This document shows, piece by piece, positions 1 to 12,210 of a DNA stretch of 64,000 nt. The stretch is from Mobula hypostoma (taxonomy: Eukaryota), in contig NC_086097.1 in assembly GCF_963921235.1 (NCBI RefSeq), positions 205,284,001-205,348,000 of the forward strand. The letters run 5' to 3'. The first letter of the stretch is position 1. Each line of letters begins with the position of its first letter. The notes beneath the pieces are model-generated. The model was not told the origin of the DNA. It made no database searches and worked only from the letters and a program-made list of their open reading frames with translations. The position numbers and the translations under genes were made by a program.

Positions 1-461
1 AACCTAATGGCATGAACATCAATTTCCCGAACTCCTGGACATTGCTCCCACTCCTTCATCATTCCCCTAGTCCTGTTTCCCTCTCTCACCTGATCTACTT
101 ACCTACCCATCACCTCCCTCTGGTGCTCCTCCCCTTTCCCTTTCTTCCTCAGATTCCTGCCCTCTCCTGTCAGATCCTCCTTTCTTCAGCCCTTTATCTC
201 TTGCACCAATCAACTTTCCATCTTTCTATTCACCACTTCCCTTCTCCCAGTTTCACCTGTTACCTACCTCCTTGTACTTTTTCCTTCCCTCCCTCCACCT
301 TCTTGCTCTGATCTTACCTTTTTTTCCAGTCCTGATAAAAGGTCTCGGCCTGTAATGTCGACTGTACTTTTTTCCGAAGATGCTGCCTGGACTGCTGAGT
401 TTCTCCAGCACTTTGTGTGCGTTGCTTGGATTTGCAGCATCCGCAGATCTCCTCGTGTTTG
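1..461 (+). mobile_element. Penelope-like element 3' fragment
   Basis: Pyrimidine-rich tract, degenerate hammerhead motif (CAGTCCTGATAAAAGGTCTCGGCCTGTAATGTCGACTG, 327-364) and terminus GCATCCGCAGATCTCCTCGTGTTTG. The same tail follows the GIY-YIG region of the 31470-33545 copy. Confidence 0.8.
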
Positions 462-1957
462 TTCAAAAGCCCATTTCTTACTTTGAAATAAGGCAGCAGA
501 ACTGCAGCAGATGCACTAATATTTTCAAATTCCACCTGCCAACAAATTTCCACACAGCGATAAAACCTGTGAGGAAATTGTGGAGCAATCAGCCTGCCCA
601 GAATACTGGTTGGGTTGGTAATGTGTGCGGCTCTTGTGTACTCTAGAAGTCTGTAACATAGGCAGTGCACAGAAGACTGAGTGTGTCACCAGTGCTACCA
701 AAAATTTAAATGATCCAGCTTAATGCATGTTCAATACTCACACAGGATCCTCTCATTAGCTACAGTTAACCAATTTCACTGCAGATTTGGTGTTGAATAC
801 TGTATTATCTTGAGGTGTCTTGAGAGAAATCTGCAGTTGAAGGTAATAGTTTAAATGTTCATTAACAAAAAATTCAGTGGGCAGAGTGGCATTTGTGGGG
901 GGGAAAGAGATTGTTAACACTTCAGATTGAAACATTCATCAGGACTAAGGGGATAGTGGGGAGTGAGCAAGGTGCATAGCAATTGAATTGTAAGCTCAGG
1001 AGCAGGTCACTTTGTAGCATCTGTAGCCGTTTAACAAACTCACTCCACCTGTATTAGGTCACCTTGGGCTCCAGTCTCACCATTCTGCCTCTCATCCTTA
1101 TATTGACCATCTCCCCTCTCCCTACTCACTTCTGATGCAGGTTTTCAACTCAACACATGGACAATTGCTTTCTTTCCACAGATGGTGCTTGAGTTCCTCC
1201 AGGAGTTTGTTTGCTACTCTGATTCCAGTATGTGTAAACTCTTGGTGTCTCTAACTTTTTCTTCTAATGGTGGCAGCTAAATATGAATGCTTTGGTGGTC
1301 TTCTCTTAGAATCCTTAGGGGAAATTGACAAACAAATTAAAAAGTGTAAGGAACTGTGTGAGAAGAGGAGGAGAGGACACATAATTAAAACTGCATTACT
1401 GGTTCTCCCTTCACTATTAGTGGTTTTTATCCAGAGTATACCAGAGCTGCATGCTGTAATTCCCATCGCCTTGATCAACCCACGACTGACACTGGTGTGA
1501 GACCACACATGGCATGGGGCTTGATTGTGCCAAACCATTTTCTGAAGCTGCTTGCACACAATAGGGTTTGCCATAATCTTCCTGTACCTGACCCCACATT
1601 AGCTTCTTATTTTACATCTCCTCCGTGGCAGGCTATTATACAACTGTTCTGTAGCAACCAAAGGGAGAATTCCTTTAAGGTATGATCATTTTCCCAGAAA
1701 TCAGCATAGCAGCAGCTGTGAGCTATTCAAGCAGTTCTTGTTTGAAACCAGCAGGTCTGGTTTTAGCACATGATTTGCTGGCTAAAATGAATTTTTCCTG
1801 ATTTTGTAATTTTTTTCCCTGGGAAATAATTAGACATCGGCACTATATGCAGCACATGCCTAGCACATTAAAGGAAGATGAAATTCCAATTCCAGCCATT
1901 TTGAAAGGAGGTCCTCAAAATGCAATGCCACATACTGCACGCACAAAGATCTGGTCA

Positions 1958-2500
1958 AATGACCTGCCTGTGGCAGTGGAGATTATTGTTTCTATGAATT
2001 TTGTTCCTTGCTACTCAGTTCCTGCTGGTGCTGTAGACATTTGTAGCACAGTCTGCATTATGGTGATAACAGGAGATACCAGCTTAAGGAGATTTGAACT
2101 AATCTACTTTGATTGACAGACAATTCATGCATGGACTCTCAAGAATTGTGGCCTTCTCAATTTTGCAAGGATCAACCAAGTGCACCTATATCATGACAGG
2201 AATGTCACAGCAAATGCTGAGGTGTCCAGAAACTGCAAGAATGATTGCACTGCATGTCCAGCTGGTCTACACTATTCTTAACAACAAAGTGTGGTGAATC
2301 ACCAAACCATGGAGCAGACAGGACTTGTTTAACATATGGTATTCTGCTGTGCCAGTAATCATCAAATTTCCACGTCATATCTCCAAGAGAGTACATGAGG
2401 TCCTCTAATGTTGCTGTCACAGTCTGGAAATATCTGCAAGTGACTTGTAGCCCAATGTAGAGAAGGTGTCATCATTCATTGTTGGCATTAAATCCTGTCA
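1958..2500 (+). pseudogene. Highly decayed PIF/Harbinger (HARBI1-like) transposase relic
   Basis: Collinear degenerate motifs across frameshifts: LPVAVEIIVSMNF (~LPVAVKVTxALNF), RIVAFSILQGSTKCTYI (~IAGFPxVQGAIDCTHI), LHVQLV (~LNVQLVC), KPWSRQDLF (~YPGSxHDxF). Support is weak beyond ~2330. Confidence 0.6.
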
Positions 2501-2884
2501 AGCTGGGAATCATGTGGGTTCAGCTCTTGTTAGCAACTTGAGAGCAGTGTCAGTATTGGAAAGAAAGGGAGGCAAACTGAGGAGGATATGTGCACTTGTA
2601 GTAACAGCTCAAAGATTTGGGCTTGGACTCACAATAGCAAATAACATTCATGCCTCATTTTTATCAGAAAATATCTATATTCAACAAGAAAGAAGTCTAA
2701 ACTCCTCATTTCAGCATGTAATGCCATTATATTCACTGAGTTCTTCATAACTGATGTCCTAGAGATCAGTTGTCTTAAGTGGACTAGTCACATAATTATT
2801 GTAGCCACTGTAGCAGATCAAATCTGGATTAATTAATTAATTACTGTCCCCAAAAAGCCATCCCAGTAATTGCAAGACACGTCA

Positions 2885-3262
2885 AAAGTTTGAAATTAAA
2901 TATTCAAATAAATTTATTCTAGAAGTACATATATGTCACTATATAATGCTCCATGACTCATTTTCTTCCAGGCATTCATGATAGAACCAAGAAATACAAG
3001 AGAAAAACTACAAACAAAGACCAAGAAATAACCAATGTGCAAAAGCAGACAAACTCTGCAAATACAAAATTACAATAACAATAATAAATAAATAAATAAT
3101 ACATAAAATTACAGAGAACATGAGTTGTAGAGTCCTTGAATGTGAATCCTGTGATTGTGGAATCAGTTCAGTGTTGAGTGAGTGAAGTTGTCCATGCTGG
3201 TTCAGGAGCCTGATGATCGAAGGGTAATAACTGTTCCTGAACCTGGTCACGTGGGTCAGGAT
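2885..3262 (-). mobile_element. Rex1/Babar-like LINE 3' end
   Basis: Minus-strand THVTRFRNSYYPSIIRLLN C-terminal motif followed by a T-rich 3' UTR with AATAAA. Confidence 0.7.
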
Positions 3263-3459
3263 GTAATGGAAATTTTGACTGGACCAATACAACTCCATCT
3301 CTCAAGCTGCTAGAAAAAAAAACAATTTGCTTGATTGGAATCCTGGCCAATACTCTAAATATTCATTCTGACTATCAGCAAGATATTGATTTCAGTATGC
3401 ACCATCAGAAATATTACTGGAATAACTTGCCCATGTGTTTTCATGAACATGCGTGAAAC

Positions 3460-3700
3460 CAGAGAACTTTTAACACTTAGGAGGACAAGGGCAGTGGAAC
3501 CATTGTTAATTGCAGATTCACCTGCAATGAACAGACTATTTTGATTTGGAAATACATTGCTGTATTTACATTGCTGCTGGGTCAAAATCTTCCCAATCCC
3601 TACGTTTTGGCACTAGGAATATCTTCACTACAATGACTTAAGTGGCACATCACCTTTTTCTCAAGGATAATTAGGGGTGAACAGTAAAGCCAAGGCAAGG
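3460..3700 (+). mobile_element. Old L2/CR1-group LINE 3' end
   Basis: Degenerate GCTGGGTCAAAATC...CACCTTTTTCTCAAGGATAATTAGGG tail, recognised by eye. Confidence 0.45.
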
Positions 3701-4929
3701 GGACGTGTGTTGTTTAAATCAATATTACAAACATTCCACTAAGAAACAACCTACTGAATTTCCATCCCCAGGCAAAATCATTCGGAATGTTTTAAAGATA
3801 TTTGACCATCAGCGCTGAATATGCCATAGTGATACATAATGGAATATAAATCAACATGTCTTGGCAAATTATACAATTCACACATTTATACTATGTGATA
3901 AGTACTTGAGTTACTAGAAGCAAACACTTTCTTCAATCAGTTACTGTATATACAGATGATGTTTCAGGATGACGGCTTTGGCTCTGGGTCATTTTGAGAA
4001 TAATATACAGAGAGAACTCATGTGAAGCTGCCAATATTTGAAGGATCTTTCATGCCTGTGACTCAAAAAAAGTAGTTGTATGATGTTGGCTGCCTGATGT
4101 GCTGTTCAGAAGCAGAGAATCTATCTGGAGTGAAATGTTGTTACAGTATTCTTGCAATTTCACACATGGTGAATTGTCATTAAAAGGGTTGTTTGTTACT
4201 TGGTAGAATGAAGAGACAAAACCAAAGTGAACCAGATAAGAGTTTCATGATAATATTGGAAGAAAAGTTCAGGAAAACTCTCTTTTCTAGTCCAGATGAA
4301 GTATCTCGACCCAAAATCTCAGATGCCCAGTTCCCTCTACAGATCTGTTCCCTCTGCAGATGCTGAGTTCCTTCAGCAGTTTTCTTTTTCTTCTGCTCTA
4401 GATCCAACATCTGTAGTCTGTAGTGTTTCTGCAATCCATGTCCTGTTTGGTACCATTTTTGTGCTCTACATCAGAGTAATCTGATATCTACACTTGTCAG
4501 AAGGAAAAGCTGTAAGACACCTTGGTTGGCTGATCCAGTTTTTGATATCAAGCTCATGTTGAAGCTAGTGTAAGTCAGCATTGCTTACCAGTAATTGGTG
4601 AGCAGTTAAAGTTCAGAAGCTGACACATAATAAAGGATTATATGCTTGCCATGGCAGGAGACGCAGCTCTTCACTATCTGGTTCCTCACATGAGAAAGCT
4701 CTTATAAAGATTTAAAAACTAGTCATATTGACAAACAATGTTTCTGCTTCTGGTAATTAGCAACAGCATGCTTATACCTCTTCCTCCAAGCATTAATTGC
4801 TGTTATAAATTTGAAATGTAACACGGAATGAGATATAATTATACCTATACTACCTTCTCAGCATTCCCTACCCCCTTTATGTTTTTGAAATCTTTCACTA
4901 TGATTTGATTGAAGTACATTAAAAAATAA

Positions 4930-5415
4930 GAGTATGGGGATGAGAAGTAGAAATACATGACACAGCACCTTCAATGTGTTCCATCATTCGGTAAGATCAT
5001 GACTGATCTTTGCCCTCAATTTTGTTTCCTTGCCCAATACCCATAGTCCTTCATTCTCCTGCAGTTCATTAATGTCTCTCCCTTTAGTATACTTATGCCT
5101 TAGCTCACAGAAAACAACTCTCCAAGAAAATGAATTCTTTCTTAACTCAATCAACTACACCCAAAAAGTTCTGAGAGCCATATCTTAACAATTTCACTGG
5201 ATTTAAATAATACATTTTCCTTCATTATATCACATTCTACCATCCTTTTGTCCACTCATTTGGCCTGTCTATATTCCCTGCAGGAATCTTGATTGATCTT
5301 CATAATTTTGTTCCTATCTTCATATCACCAGCACATTTAAATCTATTATAATCTCAGTCCCTTCATTTAAGCCATTAATACAGATAGAAATTGTTGAGGA
5401 CCCAGCACTGATGAC
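4930..5415 (-). mobile_element. Old CR1 fragment
   Basis: Degenerate similarity to the 3' UTR and RT segments of other minus-strand CR1 copies in the window. Confidence 0.45.
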
Positions 5416-6159
5416 TAAGTGATCCTGCAAGAAATTTGGCACCGTCGCTGAGTAATCTAATATTAAGCCTTCAGTACTAAGGTTAGAGATCAGAATGTGT
5501 TGCCAAGAAGGAAGATAGCCCCATTACAGACTTATAAGCAATTCAAAGATATGACTCACTAAGAACAAATAGAACACAACCAGGAGTACTTTATTAAAAA
5601 ATGAGAGTAGATTACAGATAAAAGGGTGACATAAAATCTTGTCAAAAACATTTTGAGCACTTTATAACAACATCAAAAGTCATAGCGCTGAGAGCATAGT
5701 CTTGCTATTCGTTGTCTGCTGTAGAAAAAAAACAAACCTCTTGGTGAGACTTCAGAAGGCAAAATTGGACTGATCTAATAGCATGTGAGAGGCTGTGTGA
5801 CTAAACACTAGTTAGATTTAACCCCACTGAGAGCATACCGTGCATACACAGTAGGCAATTCCCATACAATGAGGCAGTGGAAAGATTCATAGTTTTGAGG
5901 AACAGACGAATGGGGAGACAAACACCACCATTTTAGCTGAACATAAATTGCTGGCTGCAAACTGTAACTGAAGATCTATAGGACTTTGTGATCCATGGCA
6001 GTACTATAAACAGATTTTAAGTGTTGGATGAATGATGTTTCTGTTGAAAGAAGCACAGTGACCTGACAAAGAGTGTCAGTGTCTACAAGATATTGGAGCA
6101 TCTAAGACCAGGGGTGATGGTTTAGGTGGATGTTTGCAGTTTTTGACTCCTCCACCAGA

Positions 6160-6797
6160 GAAAATATCCCCTTCATATCCATTCTATCGAAGCCTTTCAA
6201 CATTCAATAGGTTTCAATGTGAACCTCCACTCATTCTTCTGAATTCCAGTGACTACAGGCCCAGAGACATCAATCAGTCCTCATATGACATCCCCTTCAT
6301 CCTGAAATAATTTTTGTGAATCTCCACTGAGCCCTCTTTAACCTCAGCATATCCTTTCTTAGATAAGGGGCTCAAAACAGCTCAAACAACTCTAAGTGAT
6401 GCCTTATCTTATAAAGTCTCACCCTTACATCCTGGCTTTTATATTCTAGTCCTCTTGAAATGAATGCTAACATTTTATTTGCCTTTCTCACTACTGATTC
6501 AACCTGCAAATAATCTTCAATGAATCCTGCAGGAAGACTCTCAAGTACCTTTGCACCTCAGGCTTTTGAATTTTCTCTCCATTTAGAAAATATACCCCAT
6601 TTTTATTTCTTTTACCAAACAGCTTGACCATACACTATCCAACACTGAATTCCATCTTCCGCTTCTTTGCCTATTCTCTTAATCTGTCTAAGTCCTTCTG
6701 CAGCGTCTCCGCTTCCTCAGTACTACCTGCCCCTTCACTATTCTTTGTATCGTCTGCAAACTTGGCGACAAAGCCATCAATTCCATCACCCAAATCA
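6160..6797 (-). mobile_element. CR1 LINE RT fragment
   Basis: Minus strand encodes DGFVAKFADDTK; collinear with 24960-25620. Confidence 0.85.
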
Positions 6798-6889
6798 AAG
6801 CAGACTAATGTATCTTTAGTAGTTATTAAAATGCAAAGACAATAATGAACAGAAGTTGGTTAGGGTTTATGTCAACATTAGGATAGATT

Positions 6890-7410
6890 CTCCTTTTCTA
6901 AAGAGACGTCCTTCGATTCTGAGGCTGTCTCCTTTGGTTGTAGACTCTCCCAGTATAGAAATATCCTCTCCACATCCACTTTATTTATCAGAATCAGGTT
7001 TATTATCAACAGCATGTGACCTGAAATTTGTTACCTTAGCAGCAGCAGTTCAATGCAATACATAATCTATCAGAGACAGAAAAAATAAGAATAATAAATA
7101 AAATAAAACATAATGATAAATAAACAAGTAAATCAATTACGCAAATTGAATAGATTTTTAAAAATGTGCAAAAACAGAAATACTGTATATTAAAAAATGT
7201 GAGGTAGTGTCCAAAGCTTCAATGTCCATTCAGGAATCGGATGGCAGAGGGGAAGAAGCTGTTCCTGATTCGCTGAGTGTGTGCCCTCAGGTTCCTGTAC
7301 CTCCTACCTGATTTAGGCCTTTCAATAAACAGTAAATTTCAATGAGAACCCATTTCATTTTTAAAAGCTCCAGCAATTATAGGCCCAGTGCCATCAAACA
7401 CTTCTTATAA
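6890..7410 (-). mobile_element. CR1 fragment interrupted by a Rex/Babar 3' tail (~6985-7312)
   Basis: CR1 sequence CACATCCACTTTAT resumes as TTAGGCCTTTCAA after an insert that is the reverse complement of the 29140-29460 tail. Confidence 0.75.
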
Positions 7411-7890
7411 GTTATGTTCAGTGGAGACCATTCTGACTGATTGTATCACAGCCTGGTGTGAAGGCTCTAATGTGCAGGATCACAAGAGACTGAAAAGGAT
7501 TATAGGCTCAGCTAGCACAATGCCCATTATAGCCCTCCTAATTCCTTGCTTAAATTCTTTCTCGTTCTCTTTATATGTCTTAAGGGCTCTTTCTGTTTTC
7601 AGCTTCCTAAATTTTATTTCTGCTTCCTCTTTCTATTTGACTAAATTTCCAACATCTCTCATCATCCAAGGCAAGGTTCCCTTGCTATCTTCATCTTCTT
7701 CCTCATGTAAATATCCTGGCTGCATACCCGGGCATCCAATGAATCAACAAGCAAGCATAGCACTGTGAAACAGCAGATAATGCTGTTGCACACAGCTCCT
7801 GCGATATGTGTAAAATTTGCATAGTATCCCCATGACTTGGTGAGTTTTCTTCAGATGTTTTGGTTTCTTTCCACAGCCCAAAGTCAGATA

Positions 7891-8469
7891 CACTCATTGG
7901 CCACTTTATTGGGTACACTTGTACACCTACTTGTTAATTCAAATATCTAATCAGCCAATCATGTGGCAGTAACACAATATATAAAAGCATGCTGACATTG
8001 TCAAGAGGTTCAGTTGTTGTTCAGACCAATCATCAGAATGAGGAAGAAATGTGCTCTAAGTGCTCTGAGGAAGAAATGTGCTCTAAGTGATTTTCCCGTG
8101 GAATAAATGTTGGTGCCAGACAGGGTGGTTTGAGTACCTCAGTACCTGCTGATCTCCTGGGATTTTCACATACAACGGTCTCTAGAGTTTACAGAGAATA
8201 ATGCAAAAAACAGAAAACATCCAGTGGGAAACAACTCTTTTTGGCAAAAACATCTTTTTTAATGTGAGAGGTCAGAGGACAATAGTCAAACTGTTTCAAG
8301 TTGACAGTAGGTAACAGTAGTTCAAATAGCCACATGTTACAACAATGGTGTGCAGAAGAGCAGCTTTGAATGCCTTGAAGTGGATGGGCTACAGCAGCAG
8401 AAAACCACAAATATACACTCAGTGGCCCCTTTATTAGGAACAGAAGATACCTAATAAAGTGGCCATTGA
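7891..8469 (+). mobile_element. Non-autonomous Tc1-like DNA transposon (N-terminal HTH part of transposase only)
   Basis: TA|CACTCATTGGCCACTTTATTGGGTAC left TIR; decayed ARQGGLSTSVPADLLGFSHTTVSRVYRE...LKWMGYSSRKP; right TIR TACCTAATAAAGTGGCCATTGA. Confidence 0.85.
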
Positions 8470-8489
8470 CCCTAAGTACCAGCTCTTGT

Positions 8490-8800
8490 TGTGAGGGCAG
8501 CAGTGGAAAAGGTGAGCAACTTCATTTTCCTGGGCGTCAACATTGGAGAAGACCTGGCTGCTTCACAAGCTGGTATGGAGGTTCCAATGTACAAGATCGC
8601 GGGAGGCTGCAGAGTCAGCCAACTCCATCATGGGCCTCCATCTTCTCTTGAAGATGGAGAACATCTTCAAGAGGCGATGCCCCAAGAAGGCACTACCTAT
8701 TGCTAAGGACCCTCACCATCCAGGACATGCCCTTTTCTCAATACTACAATCAGGGAAGAGGTACAACAGCTTGAAGATCTGACTCTGATTCTGATTCTGA
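8490..8800 (+). mobile_element. Rex1/Babar-like LINE fragment, internally deleted
   Basis: VEKVSNFIFLGVNIGEDL and KDPHHPGHALFSILQSGKRYNSLK motifs; (ATTCTG)n tail. Confidence 0.75.
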
Positions 8801-10332
8801 AGATTAACCAGCAGTAGCCAAATCTGGAAGAACAGGGCACCATGCTAATCATCTATCAGAATGTGTTGTCACAGAAATATATTTTTATTCTTGTCTTAGA
8901 TACTTGCATTGAACTTTTTATGCTGATAGCTTTGTATTTTATATTAAGAAATAGTTTAAAGTATATGCATTCTAGTACATTTGTCCAGGTTCATTGGAAC
9001 TCTAACAGCATAAACTCTCTGTGGTTTTTCATGTTGAAGCAAGAACACTTGCACATACACTTACAGAAATTTTGTCAGCAATGTAACATCACCTCATGAT
9101 TACAATAAAATGAAATATTCCCAGATCACAAAACCTTTATCGAAAGGAAGGATGACTACTCTGCGGTCTTTTGAATGATTCCAAAATAATTTAAAGAGAT
9201 GACTCATCATGAATACAGAGAGCAGTTTATTAAAATAGTTACCATAAAGGGCATAATGAGGCAACTGAGAGCAAAATAGGAAATAAAAAGTCCTACTGTG
9301 ATTGTTGAAACATCTTGCAGAACACGAAATAAAGATTGGAGTATATAAATGAGACTGAGATAAAAACTAAGATATCAAACTGTGACACTTTAAATTGTTA
9401 AAACACAAATTAGAAAAAAATCAAAATACATGGAGCTCCGAAATACATCTGAGGAATTACAGCTTGTGGAGATAAAATTATCTGAGGGGCAAAATGGTCT
9501 GTCAAGCAGTTAAAACTGAATAATGTCTCACCCCAGAAGACTTTATATTTTCACAGATTGTATTTTCAACATTAGTGCTGAAATTATTGAAATAAAACAG
9601 AAAATGATGGAAACACTCAAGCAGGACTTGTGAATATTTCAGCCTTTCTTTCTAATTTTCAGCATCTATGTTTTTATTTCTTTTCAATTACTGCTGAAAC
9701 AGTTCAAGTAATTCTGTGTTAGGGAGATGCACTTGTAGTTAAAAACTATGAAGTGTAAGATATAGTGGCCATTAGTACAAACAAGAACTAGTCTTCTATT
9801 CCTGATGTAACCTACACAGTAATCAGCTTTGAAATTAAAAGTGCAACTGCATGAATGAACACCATTCATGCAATTGCACTGGCTGTGGAAAGAAAGCTGA
9901 CAACTGGCTCACAGCAGGAATCTACTTAAGAAATATGCTTTGGAAAATTACTAGACTATGAAACATTCTCGTGTTCATTGGGCAAAGTACAGACAACAGA
10001 GCTATGTTTATTAACCTATATCAAGCTAGGCATCAGGCATCTTTAGCTAAGATAATTTGCACCCGTTGTGACAGAGATCAAATAAGGTTTCAGACTGGCT
10101 ACTTTGCCATTTAACACGTGGCGATAGACAGACTTGTTCTGCCGGCCATTAATTAGGGTATTTGTTTAGGTAGAGAGTTATCCTTCAGTATTGTGATAAA
10201 AGAAATATATTTTGAGTATCTGAGGTTTTGTGCTCAAAAGTGTTATAATTTCCAATGAAGATGTTTCAGTCCTCAGAGGTGTCTTGCCAGTTGACAGATG
10301 TTTCTACTGTAAACATGTAATTCTATGGAACC

Positions 10333-10729
10333 CCTCCAAGAAGACCACAACCTTTTCGTGGTTTGGAGGCCTGCGTGCCTCAATGATCCAGAGTGCTATG
10401 TTGGCTGAAGTCAGAGCTTTAGGCATTGGCTCTTGAAGGAGTCACCCTTGCCAAACAAGTCAAAGGGTAGAGGCCAGACTAAGAGTGGTCAACCGATCAA
10501 GTTAGTAACCCTGACTGGTCAAACAAAATTGTTATGGAAACAGCATTGAAGAATCCTTCTACATCTTTGTGTGACAGTATTTCCAAATCTCCATCCGGGA
10601 CTTGAATGACTGACAGCAGTGAAAACTGAGAGGAAGGGACTGATATCATGAAGGAAGCCATAAATGCCATCAGAGATAGAGGACCTTCATTGCTGCCCTG
10701 AATGCCAGTGGGCAAAAGGAAAGAAAAAG
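10333..10729 (+). mobile_element. Non-autonomous RTE-related bipartite retroposon (397 bp)
   Basis: Perfect 14-bp TSD AATTCTATGGAACC (10319-10332, 10730-10743); RTE-like 5' UTR sequence; GCTGCCCTGAATGCC plus A-rich tail; no ORF. Confidence 0.75.
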
Positions 10730-10910
10730 AATTCTATGGAACCACTTGTCTAAACTCAAAAACATTGAGGTGAACTACATAAGTAAACGCAACAATTAAA
10801 ATGATATTTAATAAAGGTGATGTATTTATGTTTAAGGAGTATAAAATCTTGATGTACATAGAACAGTACAGCACAGGATAAGTAATCAAAACCACCTAAA
10901 TTCGTAATTA

Positions 10911-11365
10911 CGCAAACATGAGGAATGCCCCACCTCCCCCTCGTAGACTTCTCTAACTTCCATTAATGCCCCACCTACCCCTCGTACCCCATCTGTTATT
11001 TATTTATATACACACATTCTTTTTCTCTCTCTTCTTTTTCTCCCTCTGTCCCTCTGAATATACCCCTTGCCCATCCTCTGGGTTTTTCCCCCACCTCCCC
11101 CTTTTCCTTCTCCCTGGGCCTCCTGTCCCATGATCCTCTTATATCCCTTTTGCCAATCACCTGTCCAGTTCTTGGCTCCATCCCTCCCCCTCCTGTCTTC
11201 TCCTATCATTTTGGATCCCCCTCCCCCTCCCACTTTCAAATCTCTTACTAGCTCTTCCTTCAGTTAGTCCTGACGAAGGATCTCGGCCCGAAACGTCAAC
11301 TGTACCTCTTCCTAGAGATGCTGCCTGGCCTGCTGTGTTCACCAGAAACGTTGATGTGTGTTGCT
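10911..11365 (+). mobile_element. Young Penelope-like 3' fragment with inverted terminus at its 5' side
   Basis: TSD TAAATT(C/T)GTAATTA (10897-10910, 11366-11379); 10911-10924 CGCAAACATGAGGA is the reverse complement of the family terminus TCCTCGTGTTTG; carries a hammerhead motif. Confidence 0.8.
11261..11302 (+). ncRNA. Minimal type I hammerhead ribozyme motif (Penelope-associated)
   Basis: AGTC-CTGACGA-AGGATCTCGGCCC-GAAAC-GTC-AACT: intact CUGANGA and GAAA core, palindromic ACGT stem III, GUC cleavage triplet. Stems I and II are imperfect. Confidence 0.65.
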
Positions 11366-11559
11366 TAAATTTGTAATTAAATGCATTCTGAATTCAGTGA
11401 GATTCTATAAGCTATTCTCTCAGGAGATTACTTCACCAGGTCTTGCTCCAAAATGTATGTCTGTGATGAGTAAGGACCTTCTATACCATCGCTCTCTCTG
11501 TGCTTCATTCAAAGTCACAATACCCTGTATCAGGGAAGGCATAGAGCAGGGATTCACTG

Positions 11560-12210
11560 ATCTAGCAGCTTCCGTGGTTTCGTGTTTGACTGCGCAAAAT
11601 TTCATTCAGTAAATGATGGCTATCCATTTCAGTTCAACTCCCCATTCCCATTCTGACACATCTGCCCAGGGCCTCCTCTACTGCCATGATGAGGCCAAAC
11701 TCAGGTTGGAAGACCAACAGCTCATATTCCGTCTGGGTAGCCTCCAACCTGATGACGTAAACGCCAATTTCTCTAACTTCCAGTAATTTCCACCACATTA
11801 CTCCTTCCCTCTTTTTTCATGCCCCATTCTAATTATACTCTATGCCTTCTCTTCTCCTCACCTGCCCATCACCTCCCCCCTCCTTCCCTTTCTTTTATGG
11901 TTCCTTTTCTTTAACCCGTTACCTCTTCCACCTATTGTCTCCCAGCTGTTTACTTCATCCCCCCCACTTGCCCAACCACCCACCATCCCCCTCACCTGGT
12001 CTCACCCATTACCTGCCAGCTTGTACACCTTCCCCTCCCCCTCCTTCTTAATCTGGCTTCTGTCCCCTTTCTTTTCCAGCCACGATGAAGGGTCTCAGCA
12101 CTAAATGTTGACTGTTTATTCCCCTCCATAGGTGTGCCTGACTCGTTGATTTCTTCCAGAGTTTTGTGTGTGTAGCTCAAGATTTCCGGCATTTGCAAAC
12201 TCTCCTGTCA
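11560..12210 (+). mobile_element. Penelope-like 3' fragment (end of GIY-YIG ORF plus tail)
   Basis: DEAKLRLEDQQLIFRLGSLQPD-type ORF end, C/T-rich tail, degenerate hammerhead at ~12077-12114. Confidence 0.8.

Noticed and set aside
7760..7885. Possible tRNA gene
   Set aside because: Only a degenerate tRNA-SINE-like fragment; no cloverleaf or intact B box.
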